Virus record (IMG/VR): IMGVR_UViG_3300012943_000691
Location: 1 to 34,796 of that record
Strand: one strand, 5' to 3'
DNA from: a virus
Taxonomy: Duplodnaviria > Caudoviricetes
DNA: 34,796 bases
Shown here: positions 1 through 9,400 of the stretch, piece after piece
Layout of the letters: the number at the start of each line of letters is the position of its first letter
Position numbering within the stretch: position 1 is the stretch's first letter
The notes under the pieces: generated by a model
Seen by the model: only the letters and a program-made list of their open reading frames with translations
The model's database searches: none
Told to the model about the DNA's origin: nothing
Program-made: the position numbers and the translations under genes

Positions 1-306
1 ATGCGCCTCAGACTCAGAAAAGCGGACCTGTACGAACTGGCGAAGCTCTACCGCCTCGGCGCGGCCACCGACCGCCAGAAGTCGCAGGAGTACGCGTACA
101 TCAGCACTCAGGTCAGCCTCATCGAATCCGCAAAGGCGAAGGACGCGCGAGCCGACAAGATCGAGGACCTCGCCAAGCGCAGCGAGCACTTCATCCTGAT
201 GGGGACTAGGCCGTTCGACGGCGGACCTCCGTCGCTGTTGGTAGTCGGCGGGTCCGATGCCGCAGATGGCTCGGCCTTTGTAACGAGGAAGGCCTACCGT
301 GGTTAG
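1..306 (+). CDS. hypothetical protein (possibly 5'-truncated by window edge)
   Basis: 101-aa ORF with GC-rich codon pattern; no recognisable motif. Confidence 0.55.
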   Translation: MRLRLRKADLYELAKLYRLGAATDRQKSQEYAYISTQVSLIESAKAKDARADKIEDLAKRSEHFILMGTRPFDGGPPSLLVVGGSDAADGSAFVTRKAYRG

Positions 307-396
307 AGCCGTTCTAAGGGTTCTGAGACCGTCGACGCAACGTCCCGCAGGGTACGATGGCCGCACAAAAACAACTGATGGCAAGGAGCCGCCGAA

Positions 397-1263
397 ATGA
401 CCGAGTCCCAGACCATTTTCCAATTGGTGCGAAAGGTGCTCGACGAACTCAGGACCGATGTGGTCGAGACCTATGGCGACAAAACCGACGAGGTAATCAA
501 TAAGCGACTGGAAGCGCTTGGCGCCGCCTACGGGCAACTGAGGGACCCCAAGAGGGAGCCAGTCGACTACTCAACGCCAGAGGATCGGTTCGCATATGTA
601 TACCGCTACGTAGGCGCGCACTCGGACTATGTCTATCAAATCCTGAATCGAACCGGGAAGTACCTAGGCAATCACCTGGCTGCTCAGGAGAAGGTGGTCG
701 TGACCGCGCTGGGAGGAGGTCCTGGCAGCGATCTCGTTGGACTCATGCGCTATCTAGTTGATCTCGAAGAATGCTCACTCAAGACGGTGACCGCGTACCT
801 GTGCGACCGCGAACAGGCCTGGGCAGACTGCTGGACAGAGATCGGAGAGGAGGAATCGCCGGACTTCAAGCTGAACGTGAACTTCCAGCCGCTGGACGTG
901 ACGGACCCAAACAGCTGGTCCAAGCAGAAGAAGTTCCTCTCGGCCGATCTCTTCCTGCTTGTCTACTTTGCATCCGAGGTCGCCAGCCTGGGCGAGAAGG
1001 CAAAGCAGTTCTGGGTCGAGCTTGCAACGCGCTCGAAGCCGGGCGCATTGATGCTAGTCATCGACAACAATCATGACTACTTCACCGACTTCATCACCAA
1101 GGAAGTGATCGGCAATGCTTGGAAGGTCCTGACGTGCGAGGTGGACAATCTAACGCCCAGCATCGACGAGAGAACAGCACACCTTGGGGAGTATTTTAAG
1201 TTGTACGGCTGGCCGAAGATGAAGGGATACATACGGTTCTGGGTTCTCCAGCGCGCGGAATGA
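397..1263 (+). CDS. class I SAM-dependent methyltransferase-like protein
   Basis: SD AAGGAG upstream; motif I-like VTALGGGPGSD, acidic residue after beta2 (YLCDRE), FQPLDV, ADLFLLVYFASEV, KPGALMLVIDN Rossmann pattern. Confidence 0.75.
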   Translation: MTESQTIFQLVRKVLDELRTDVVETYGDKTDEVINKRLEALGAAYGQLRDPKREPVDYSTPEDRFAYVYRYVGAHSDYVYQILNRTGKYLGNHLAAQEKVVVTALGGGPGSDLVGLMRYLVDLEECSLKTVTAYLCDREQAWADCWTEIGEEESPDFKLNVNFQPLDVTDPNSWSKQKKFLSADLFLLVYFASEVASLGEKAKQFWVELATRSKPGALMLVIDNNHDYFTDFITKEVIGNAWKVLTCEVDNLTPSIDERTAHLGEYFKLYGWPKMKGYIRFWVLQRAE

Positions 1264-1931
1264 ACGACCTCTTTGATACTTCGTCGGACTCTTTCCTCGA
1301 CATCGACATGCCGGGCGCCACGTTGCGCTATGCGTCCCACTTTTTCTCCGCTGAGCTTGCCCACAATTATTTCAAGGTCCTGCTGAAGGACACCGCGTGG
1401 CGCGAGGAAGAGGTACTAGTTTGGGGGAAACGGCACAAGCAACCGAGATTAGTCGCTTGGTATGGAGACGCGGGAGCCCAGTACACCTACTCCGGAAGTT
1501 CTCTGACTCCTGCTCCATGGACGTCCACACTCCTCGAATTGCGACAGAAGATCGAGGCCGCAAGTGGAGCTCGGTTCAACAGCGTGCTGTTGAACCAGTA
1601 CCGAAATAACAACGACAGCATGGGATGGCACAGCGACAATGAGCCCGAACTCGGCAAGACCCCTACCATTGCCTCGCTGAGTCTTGGTGAGTCGCGCGTC
1701 TTTCTGTTCAAGCACCGGCAGGAGAAGGATCTCGGGATTCGACGAATCACTCTTGGTGACGGAAGCCTGTTGATAATGTCCGGGGAAACCCAGAAGAACT
1801 GGTTGCACGCAATAGACAAGGAACGGCAACCATGTGGCATTCGCATAAATCTGACATTTCGGCTGATCTCGACGAAAGGCCGAAGCGAAGACGCGCAGGC
1901 CCATCTGCCAAGCGCTCGGGTGAACGAGTAA
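1260..1931 (+). CDS. alkB: AlkB-family 2OG-Fe(II) dioxygenase (ALKBH2/ALKBH3-like)
   Basis: QPRLVAWYG, FNSVLLNQYRNNNDSMGWHSDNE (HxD), WLHAI (distal H), RINLTFR; ATGA overlap with upstream gene. Confidence 0.93.
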   Translation: MNDLFDTSSDSFLDIDMPGATLRYASHFFSAELAHNYFKVLLKDTAWREEEVLVWGKRHKQPRLVAWYGDAGAQYTYSGSSLTPAPWTSTLLELRQKIEAASGARFNSVLLNQYRNNNDSMGWHSDNEPELGKTPTIASLSLGESRVFLFKHRQEKDLGIRRITLGDGSLLIMSGETQKNWLHAIDKERQPCGIRINLTFRLISTKGRSEDAQAHLPSARVNE

Positions 1932-1940
1932 ACTGGCCGA

Positions 1941-2558
1941 ATGGCTGATATTTGGGACAAAGCGACGGCAATAGGTACCGTGGGTGCCGTCGTTATTGCT
2001 GCGTTCACATTCTGGGTGCCGAGGCTACGCTGGTTCAGACCAAGACTCGCGGTGACGATCTACAACGACATTGGTATACCTCAACGCGTTGTTCTCAACG
2101 ATACGGTGACCGCCAGCCGCATACAGGGAGACGCTCGCTACTTCCATGTGCGCGTGTCGAACGCGAATCGCCATGCCAAGGCAACCAAGGTAAGAGTTGT
2201 CGTGAAGAAGATGGAGGTCATTCCGGATGATGGGAAGCGAAAGGTCTTTTTTGACTATCCGTCGGGCATTCGCCTCAAGTGGCAGCATGAGCACGAGACC
2301 GGATCAGAACGCACAATGGGTGCCGACGACTTTGCTGACCTATTCTTCATTTGCAAGGACCCACACGCGCCAGAGCGAGGAACCATCCTGTTTGAGTGGA
2401 CCTTTTCTCCCGTTGGCGTTCCTACTGAAATCGAGTATCCCTGTACGCTGCTGTTCACGGTACAGGCACACAGCGAGGAGATCAGCAGCGCGGAGACGGT
2501 GTTTTCAGTGAAGTGGGATGGTCGATATTCGACGGAAGGTATTTCCGTAACCCAGTAG
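1941..2558 (+). CDS. hypothetical protein with N-terminal transmembrane helix and beta-rich domain
   Basis: hydrophobic segment ATAIGTVGAVVIAAFTFWV; starts 9 nt after the alkB-like stop. Confidence 0.7.
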   Translation: MADIWDKATAIGTVGAVVIAAFTFWVPRLRWFRPRLAVTIYNDIGIPQRVVLNDTVTASRIQGDARYFHVRVSNANRHAKATKVRVVVKKMEVIPDDGKRKVFFDYPSGIRLKWQHEHETGSERTMGADDFADLFFICKDPHAPERGTILFEWTFSPVGVPTEIEYPCTLLFTVQAHSEEISSAETVFSVKWDGRYSTEGISVTQ

Positions 2559-2578
2559 TCGGACTGCGGTCTGCGGCG

Positions 2579-2965
2579 TCAGTCCTTGCTCTTCTTCAGC
2601 GAGCCCTTAACTTCGCCGACGATCTCAAGAAGGTCCTTGTCCCTGTTCTTGTTGGCGTACTTGAAGAACGCTCTGACCAGGACCCAGGCCGGCAGCCCGG
2701 ATGCGAAGCAGAGGCCAATCAGTCCAGCCATTCCGATCATCCCGCCGTCGGCCCAGGACGTGACCTTCAGCCAGTTGGCGAGCACCGCCCCGCCGAACAT
2801 CGAGGACGCGACCGTCGAGGTCAGTGCGACGACCCACTCCTTCTTGGTGGCAGGCGTCGACGACGTCATGACGATGATCGCCGCGAGTGAGGCGCCGATG
2901 GTACCTACCGTCGCCAGCTTGTAGAGGCCGAAGCCGGCGGCCGCGGATGATGTAGGTTCGCCCAT
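2579..2965 (-). CDS. putative holin (3 predicted TM segments, charged C-terminus)
   Basis: start re-called at MGEPTSSAAAG (2965); three hydrophobic stretches and KYANKNRDKDLLEIVGEVK tail; last gene of the virion cluster. Confidence 0.7.
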   Translation of the reverse strand: MGEPTSSAAAGFGLYKLATVGTIGASLAAIIVMTSSTPATKKEWVVALTSTVASSMFGGAVLANWLKVTSWADGGMIGMAGLIGLCFASGLPAWVLVRAFFKYANKNRDKDLLEIVGEVKGSLKKSKD

Positions 2966-3002
2966 GATTTTCTCGCCCTCGCAAAGTACTTCCGTATGGA
3001 TG

Positions 3003-3008
3003 TATTTA
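3003..3008 (-). promoter_or_regulatory. TAAATA T4-late-like promoter motif upstream of holin
   Basis: GTAAATACATCCAT on minus strand, 37 nt before ATG; same 14-mer as at the 18064 site. Confidence 0.7.
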
Positions 3009-3047
3009 CTCGGGAATTGAGAGTTGCCGAGGAAGCCGGGCATCTGA

Positions 3048-3383
3048 CTACTCCAGCTCAGCCAGCTTCGCCTCGATCTGGAGGATGGCGAGCTTGAGGA
3101 TGGCGACAGTCTCCAGGTCGCCCGGCTCCGGGTACGGGAAGTTGTAGATGGGCGTGAACGAGCTGGACAGGATGTAACTCAGGGTGCTCGCGGTGGAACC
3201 CGCGTAGTTCCCCGTCAGCGTGATCTGCGTGTCGCTGTCGACGCTCCCAACGATGTATGGGACGTGCTCGCCCTGGACGATGAAGACGTCGCCCGGAGCC
3301 GCGTTGGTCGCCCACTCCGTTATGTCACCGGTCACGACTGCCGAGCCGTTCTCTACGCTGACCGTTCCTTCCCTGTACTGCAT
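3048..3383 (-). CDS. stand-alone paralogue of the tail-fibre N-terminal (virion attachment) domain
   Basis: MQYREGTVSVENGSAVVTGDITEW aligns with MSQYRVGTVSVENGSATVTGDITEW of 3896..6400 over about 105 aa. Confidence 0.8.
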   Translation of the reverse strand: MQYREGTVSVENGSAVVTGDITEWATNAAPGDVFIVQGEHVPYIVGSVDSDTQITLTGNYAGSTASTLSYILSSSFTPIYNFPYPEPGDLETVAILKLAILQIEAKLAELE

Positions 3384-3411
3384 TGCCGTTCCCTATCTTT
3401 GTTCTTGCATC

Positions 3412-3417
3412 TATTTA
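3412..3417 (-). promoter_or_regulatory. TAAATA promoter motif
   Basis: GTAAATAGATGCA in the intergenic gap, 28 nt before ATG 3383. Confidence 0.7.
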
Positions 3418-3421
3418 CTTG

Positions 3422-3895
3422 CTATGGGGTCTCGGGCCAGACGACTTGGTCTGGCTTCCCGTCGTAGGTTTCCGGAATGTCGCGCAGCGCCTGGCGATAT
3501 GTCGCCCACTCGTTCTGTGTCTCCGCAGGAATGTCTCGACCCTGGGACCAGTCGGATGCTCTGAGCTTCTTATCGCGGGTGGCACGGATATCGTCCATCG
3601 TGATGAGACGGGGCTTCGATGTGATCTCGCCACCCTCGTAGCTCAGGATCTCGCCACGACGGTTTGCGTCCATTAGCGCGTCCCATTCTTCGTGGCTTAT
3701 CTCAAAGCAGTCTTCTGGGCGGTCCGCTGGGTTCGGATGCGCATCGCTGCTGTAGAATCCATTGGCCTGCGGCGAGTAGTAGCGAATGATCGGTGTGGTC
3801 GCCTGCACGATCTCACTCTCACCCCCTGCCGCTTCGATGGCCCGTTCCTGTGCTGTCTTCCATTCTTCCGGCGACATCTGTTGCTCACTTTTCAT
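3422..3895 (-). CDS. tail fibre assembly chaperone
   Basis: YYSPQANGFY...ISHEEWDALM and IRATRDKKLRASDWSQGRD...WATYRQALRDIPE...VVWPETP, typical Tfa-like motifs; follows the fibre gene. Confidence 0.85.
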   Translation of the reverse strand: MKSEQQMSPEEWKTAQERAIEAAGGESEIVQATTPIIRYYSPQANGFYSSDAHPNPADRPEDCFEISHEEWDALMDANRRGEILSYEGGEITSKPRLITMDDIRATRDKKLRASDWSQGRDIPAETQNEWATYRQALRDIPETYDGKPDQVVWPETP

Positions 3896-6400
3896 TTAGT
3901 ACCCCACTGCTATCCACCAGATGGTGCCGCTGTCATCTGCGGCCTGGTGGACTGTGAAACTTGAAGTGCCAACGGTCCGGACTTCTGGGAAGTTGTCCTG
4001 GGCGCCGTTCGAAGTATTCGTGGCGCCACTGACTACGGGGCGGCCATATGAAGTGAAGGACGTCGGGTAGTTGACCGTCGTCGAGCCGTTTGCAGCGGCA
4101 GTCGCCGTGCCCCACATGATCTTGAAGCCGTTGTTGAACAGCAGGTAGCCGTTGCCGGAGTTCGAGAACGTCGATGTGCCGTTGCTTGTGACCGTCGTCG
4201 CAGTTGTCGCGGTGGATGCGGACGATGCACTGCCTGCGCTATCTGCATAGCCGACTCTGACTGGCGAGCCGTGATTCGTGGTGCAGTTCCAATACGACCC
4301 GTCCCAATCGACGCGCATGAAATACGAGCCGGGATGCGACGCCGACCACAGGTAGTTCGCGTAGACCGACGTGCCGGAGCAGGCCGACGCCGTGCTCGCA
4401 GTGGTCGCGGTGGATGCACTGCCTGCGTTGTCTGCATACCCGACGTGCGTGTCGGCGTGGTACGAGCTATCGCCGTAGTAGCCCAACAAGCGCCAGTACG
4501 ACCCTGTCCAGTGGGTCTGGACGTTGTAGTCAGAGCCGTCGTCGCGCCTCCTGATACCCATCGCCCTCGCAGCTGGCGCGCCTGCGCCGAGGGAGTTGCC
4601 GAGGTGGACGAGGCTCGACTTGCGGAAGTAGTTGTCCGAGCCGTTCGTGGTGATGACTTGGCTTATCGCTGGGTTCTCGTTGTTGCTCGTACTGGAGTTG
4701 ATGTAGTACGTGAACGTGTACCCGTTGCCGTCGCGGGTGACGATCGTGTTCGCGCCGGTCGCATCCGACCAGTTCCTGCCATTGAGCAGGCTCGCGGTCG
4801 ATGCCGCCGCCGCGGTTCCCGAGATGTTGATTCCCCACGATCCGGAGGCCACGGCCTGAATTGCACCGGCAAGCTGTGTTGGTGTCGAGCAGCGCAGGTA
4901 GTTGTCGCCGCCCTTGACGAAGATCTGAGAGATGGACCCCGAGGCCACCTCGCTGTTGCCGCCGGACTGGTTGAGGTAGCTTGCGTTGATGTAGCGACCG
5001 TTGAAGTCGCCATTGGCGTCGCGGGCCACGATGGTGCTGCCCGTGTTGGCGCTCGTTGCATTGCTTGTGATGGTGATGGTCCCAGAGGATGTCACTGGGG
5101 AGCCGGAGCTGGAGATGCCAACCCCGGACGTGCTGACGGTGACCGACGTCACCGTGCCGGCGTTGGAGGTGTAGCCTGCCGGGTTCGTGCTGTTGTACGG
5201 GGTGTAGCCGAGCGCGGCAGTGATGTCCCCGGACGCGACCGAGGTGGTCGCGCTCACCCTGCCCTTCGTGTCGGTCGTGATCTTGACCAGCGATCCCGTG
5301 ACCGGTGTCCCGACGTCCGCAAGTCTGGCGCTGTTCAGGGTCCCCGATGAGATGTTGCTAGCGTTCGTGTAGTACGAGGCTGCCTGTCCGTTCAGGTTCG
5401 AGGCATTGGACGCGGTGCCGCTGATGTCGAGAGCGTACGTTCCGGAGAGCCGCCCGGCTGGCACCGTGCCCGAGCTCAGGTTGGATGCGTTCAGCCCGGT
5501 TAGTCCGGAGCCGCTGCCTGAGAAGGAACTGGCCGTCACAGACGATCCGCTCCAGATGCTGCCGGAGACATTCAGGTCGCCCTCGACGTTGGCGTCGCCG
5601 GCCAGCCAGATGCTCGGCATGTCGGTCCAGTTGCCGATGTAGATGTCGGTGATGGCGTTCGACATTCTCTCCGCAGCCATGATCGAGTTCCACTCGGTCG
5701 CCGCGTCGTCGTAGGCCATGAGCTGCCAAGTGTTGCCGTTGACGCCCATGAACCAGTTCTTCTCGTCGGTCGGCGCGTCCGGCTTGATCCAGCGAAACTC
5801 CGGGTAGCTCGCCGTGAGGTTCAGCTGCCCGGTGACGTTCACGAGGCCGGAGAGCGTCGCGTTGATGCCCGTGAAGCTGCCGTAGGCCGTGAAGTTCTCC
5901 GTGTAGATCGTCGACGGCAGGGATAGCGTGACGTCGCCGTGGCTCGCACTTACCGCAATCTGGTTCGGCGTGCCCTCTAGGCTGTTGACGACGAACTTGT
6001 TGGTGAACTGCTCCTCGCCCTCGTCGTAGACCAGCGCCTGCCCGTCGACGGGCGAGGACACCGATGTCACGGGCCAGGCCATGTCGTCGATGCGCTTGAA
6101 CGCCTCGCTGACCAAGGTTGCTGTCTCCACATCGCCGGCCGCGATCAGCGGGATATCCGCATTCGGTGTGAAGTTGCGAGCGATGATGTAGTACGCGCCC
6201 GAGGCGGTCAGCCCGCCGTATGGGGCGCTTAGAGTCAGCTCTGTGGCGCTCACAACGCCGGAGACGGTGTAGGTGACCCCCGAACCCCTGACGGTGAACA
6301 TGGCGCCGGGGACGACCTCCGACAGCCACTCGGTGATGTCACCTGTGACCGTCGCACTGCCGTTCTCGACGCTGACTGTTCCTACCCTGTACTGGCTCAT
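3896..6400 (-). CDS. side tail fibre protein
   Basis: Ser/Thr/Gly/Asn-rich modular repeats; C-terminal NGYLLFNNGFKIMWG...VNYPTSF...WWIAVGY gp53-like/H-type domain; chaperone downstream. Confidence 0.88.
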   Translation of the reverse strand: MSQYRVGTVSVENGSATVTGDITEWLSEVVPGAMFTVRGSGVTYTVSGVVSATELTLSAPYGGLTASGAYYIIARNFTPNADIPLIAAGDVETATLVSEAFKRIDDMAWPVTSVSSPVDGQALVYDEGEEQFTNKFVVNSLEGTPNQIAVSASHGDVTLSLPSTIYTENFTAYGSFTGINATLSGLVNVTGQLNLTASYPEFRWIKPDAPTDEKNWFMGVNGNTWQLMAYDDAATEWNSIMAAERMSNAITDIYIGNWTDMPSIWLAGDANVEGDLNVSGSIWSGSSVTASSFSGSGSGLTGLNASNLSSGTVPAGRLSGTYALDISGTASNASNLNGQAASYYTNASNISSGTLNSARLADVGTPVTGSLVKITTDTKGRVSATTSVASGDITAALGYTPYNSTNPAGYTSNAGTVTSVTVSTSGVGISSSGSPVTSSGTITITSNATSANTGSTIVARDANGDFNGRYINASYLNQSGGNSEVASGSISQIFVKGGDNYLRCSTPTQLAGAIQAVASGSWGINISGTAAAASTASLLNGRNWSDATGANTIVTRDGNGYTFTYYINSSTSNNENPAISQVITTNGSDNYFRKSSLVHLGNSLGAGAPAARAMGIRRRDDGSDYNVQTHWTGSYWRLLGYYGDSSYHADTHVGYADNAGSASTATTASTASACSGTSVYANYLWSASHPGSYFMRVDWDGSYWNCTTNHGSPVRVGYADSAGSASSASTATTATTVTSNGTSTFSNSGNGYLLFNNGFKIMWGTATAAANGSTTVNYPTSFTSYGRPVVSGATNTSNGAQDNFPEVRTVGTSSFTVHQAADDSGTIWWIAVGY

Positions 6401-6426
6401 TACATCCTTCCTTTAGGATGTATTTA
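6401..6426 (-). promoter_or_regulatory. TAAATA promoter (6421-6426) overlapping an RBS-sequestering hairpin
   Basis: minus strand TAAA-TACATCCT-AAAGGA-AGGATGTA-ATG; perfect 8-bp stem. Confidence 0.75.
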
Positions 6427-6433
6427 TGGGCCG

Positions 6434-9400
6434 TTAGGCGTAGATCACGTTCGAGCCGTCGTAGTACGAGTACCAGCGATAGACCAGCGTCGTGCCGTAA
6501 GGAATGCCTTTGTTTCCGGACGCCGTGAAGCCGGTGTTGACTCGCGTCACGTAGGTCGAGGACGCGCCCATGCGATAGCCGCGGATGTAGCCGGTGCTTC
6601 TCTCGACAGTCAGGAACGACGGGGTCATTGCACCGCCGTCCATGAGGCTGATGCCAATCTCAACGTCCGCCTGCGGCTTCGGCATTCCAGTGTTGGTGTT
6701 GATCGCGAACTGCGTGCCGTTGCCCGTGCCGTAGTAGGCGACGCCGTTGCTGTAGCCGCCGTACGCGCCCTCGCCGTTGCGGTAGAAGTCGAACACCACG
6801 AAGCACAGGTCACCGACGATGTAGCACCTCAGCATTCCCTGCTGTGCGGCGCTGAATCCCGATCCGCCGCTTCCACTGGTGTAGCCCAGAACGCTGCCGA
6901 ACGGGGCCTCGTAGACCGGCTTGTAGTTCTGCAGCGTGCCCTTGACCTCGAAGCCCGATCCGTTCCATCGCATGTAGGCGTCGGCGTTGCCGATGTCGAA
7001 GCGCGGAGTGCCGCCGTTGTACTCCCACAGGTAGCCCGTGCCAGAGCCATAGGATGACTTGCCAGACCTGATTACGCCGGACGTCCCGACAGTCACGTCG
7101 CCTGTGACGTTGAGCGAGCCCGTGCTAGTTGCGATAGCGCTGATCGTGGAGACGTTGAGCTTGTCAGCTGTGATAGAGCCGGCCGCGAAATTGGTCGCCA
7201 CGGCGTTCGACATGTAGACCACCCCGCCGCTAACCGTGAACGGGCTGATGTCACTCGATCCGTCGAAGATGGCGAACTTGTCGGCGGCCACCGCAAAGAT
7301 GCTGGTCGGCGTTCCGTTGTTGGCGGTGCTTATCAGGCCGAAGCCGGCGACCTTTCCGTTGACGTCCACCTTGACGGCGTACTTGGCCTCGATGCCGTTG
7401 ATCGAACTCGCCTGGGTAGTGATCGACGCCGTGTTCCCACTGACGGTCGTTGACAATGTGGAGATGCTGGAGGACAGGGCGCTGTCAGCGCTAGCCCTGG
7501 TGGATGCCTCGCTGGAGATTGCCGCCGTGTTGCTGCCCACCGTCGAGCTGAGCGCGGACAGCGAGGACGACAGGCTGCTGACGTTCGACGTGATGGTGCT
7601 GATCTGGCTGGTGTGCGTAGCAGTCGTCGAGTTCAGGCCGCTGATGTCCGTCGAGTGGCTCGACAGGGTGGTCGTGTGGGTCGCCACCGTTCCGCTGAGG
7701 GTGGAGAGCGATCCACTGATGGTCGAGATCGAGGACGTGTGGCCGCCGACCGTCGTGTTCAGCGTGGAGATGTCGGTTGCAAGGGCTGCGTCCGCCGATG
7801 ACCTGGTGCTCACCTCGCTGGCTATGGCAGCCGTGTGGCCCGACACCGTCGTTCCGAGCGTCGTGATGCTGGAGGACAGGGCACTGTCCGCCGTTGCCCT
7901 GGTCGTCGCCTCGGTAGTGATGGCAGCGGCTCGCGTGGTCGCCTCGGAGTTGTCGGCAGCCACACGGGCCGCAGCTTCCGCCGTCACCGCCGCGACGCGG
8001 GCCGCTATCTCGGATGTGATTGCAGAATTGAGGTCCTCCAGCTCTTCGGCGATGTCCGCGTCGCCGGTGGTCAGGAGAGCGATGACCTCGGGGGACAGGT
8101 CCTCGACCTGGACCTTGTAGGTCGTGATGGAGAACTCGCTGCTGACGTTCAGGCCGGACTTTCCGAACTTGTCGTAGGCCGCCAGCCTGAAGTAGTAGGT
8201 CTGCCCAGGAGTCAGATCGCCGATGACGACCGTGTTCGTGTTCGTGTCGGCTACGAGATTCTCGGTGGCCGGCGTGAACCCTGTTTCGGTCGCCATCCAC
8301 ACCTGGACGCCCGCGAAGTCCGTGTCGCTCGGCAGGCCGTAGCTGATGGCTACCGTCGAGAATGCCGACGTGGTGTTGATGCCCGTCGGAGTCGCTGGCG
8401 CGGGATTGCTGACGGCGATGCGGGCCGGTCGGGAGCTGAACTGGCCCTGCGTTCCGCGGACTCGTACCTCGACCTTGAATGACCGAGTTGGCGTACCGCT
8501 GCCGTCCTCGAAGTTCTTCTCGTAGGTGTATGTGTAGCTCTCGTCCTGGACGTGCTCCGTGCGGCGCACGGAGTTATCCGGGTTGAGGACCTTTACCTCG
8601 TAGTCGCGGAACCACTTGTCTCCGCTGCCGCTGTCGCCGCCTTGGAGCTCGGAGCCGAGCTCTGCGGCGCCGGATGCCACCTTGCGCCACGTGAACTTGG
8701 CGTCGCTTCCGACGAACTGCATGGTCTGCGCGGTGTCGCCGAACAGCATGAGCCCGTTGACGTCGGGAACCTTGGCGGCGACGTCCTCCGGGAGGCTCTC
8801 CGTGCCGGCGATCTTGTACTGGACGACTGTCGTGCCTGGAGCCGACTTCAGCCTGACGACGGACTGTGGCGTCAGCTCGATGGTGATGGTTTCCCGCTCG
8901 TACCAGAGGAACGAGATCGAGTTGGCGCTCACCACGCCAAGGTTGATGTACTGACCTCCTGGCGGGGCGACCCTGACGAGGGTGCTCTCGGCGCCGCTCA
9001 GGTTCCAAGTGACGTGCACCTGGACCGTGTCCTCTGTCGGGTCGATCAGCTGCTCGGTGACTACGATGTTGGAGATGGACGGCGCGTTCTGGTTGTACAG
9101 GGTCGGCACGACGTAGACGTAAGCGCCGCCCTCTGCTTCGTAGTACGCCTCGCTCTCCTCGCGCGCGCCGATGCGGCAGTGGTTCTCGCTCAGCGGCTCT
9201 ATGCTGGTGATCTTGAAAGCCTTGCCAGGCGTAGCCAGCGGGTCGAACTGGAAGAGGTAGTCCTGCGGCGCGTTGTCTGCGTCGGCGCTGGGGCTCGACG
9301 GCAGCGGCGAGGAAAGGGTGATGGTCGTTGTGGTCGTCCCCTCTGCCTGTGGTACGACGGCCCGCATGACCATGGTGTTGTCCGGGTAGCGGATGCACAC

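Noticed and set aside
7400-8000. Repeats in the gpJ-like gene as a DGR or CRISPR-like array
   Set aside because: They are degenerate coiled-coil protein repeats (e.g. TRASADSALSSSISTL); no reverse transcriptase, adenine-specific variation or spacer structure.
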